From assembly GCA_021325135.1 (NCBI GenBank), contig JAJPHT010000002.1:1-23716 (forward strand): a DNA stretch of 23,716 nt, written 5' to 3'. Shown one piece after another: positions 23,664 through 23,716 of the stretch. Positions within the stretch are counted from its first letter, which is position 1. Every line of letters starts with the position of its first letter. The position numbers and the translations under genes are program-made. This stretch comes from Pseudomonadota bacterium (GTDB lineage: Archaea; Thermoplasmatota; SW-10-69-26; JACQPN01; JAJPHT01). The notes under the pieces are model-generated. The model was given only the letters and a program-made list of their open reading frames with translations. It ran no database searches and was not told where the DNA came from.

Positions 23664-23716
23664 CCACGCTGCTCGACACGGCCGGGCAAGCCCGGCCTAT
23701 CGAGCACCGTGGAGGA
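23610..23716. repeat. Direct repeat, two identical 45-bp copies (period 62), each with an internal palindrome
   Basis: CTCGACACGGCCGGGCAAGCCCGGCCTATCGAGCACCGTGGAGGA at 23610-23654 and 23672-23716; the second copy runs to the window end. Confidence 0.9.

Noticed and set aside
23610-23716. CRISPR array interpretation of the terminal repeat
   Set aside because: Only two copies, a 17-nt spacer is too short, and no cas genes or AT-rich leader are visible. Kept as an unclassified repeat.

Overview
Very GC-rich archaeal DNA; the gene set (rpl21e, rpoF, tfb, gar1, pus10, DUF655) is unambiguously archaeal, and a Thermoplasmatota-like euryarchaeon is my inference. Housekeeping backbone: the conserved pus10-rpl21e-rpoF-DUF655-rsmA-hemK2 cluster (interrupted by small accessory genes), gar1-tfb and ahcY. 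Accessory genes include two Cys-rich secreted mini-proteins, a PAS-only sensor, a bat-like HTH-10 regulator, a MenAT-like nucleotidyltransferase pair, a cysteine-synthase-family enzyme, a secreted 7-blade RCC1-like propeller, an ArsR-SRPBCC module with a visible double operator, a methyltransferase, an aldo-keto reductase, two GsiB/KGG hydrophilins, a CxxC-x17-CxxC protein, and a vapB whose vapC is cut off by a hairpin repeat at the window edge. Best candidate for a new system: a two-gene operon (15826-18574) encoding a TIR/DUF4062-like + beta-sandwich + caspase-fold (CHAT) protease with an intact His/Cys dyad, followed 4 nt later by a small multi-TM protein with a soluble C-terminal tail. I infer a protease-gated defence or cell-death module. 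Also notable: a ~103-nt rod-like ncRNA candidate beside the gar1-tfb promoter, a probable CTG start codon, and a leader peptide with a UUCG hairpin. All family calls come from motif recognition by eye; no searches were run.
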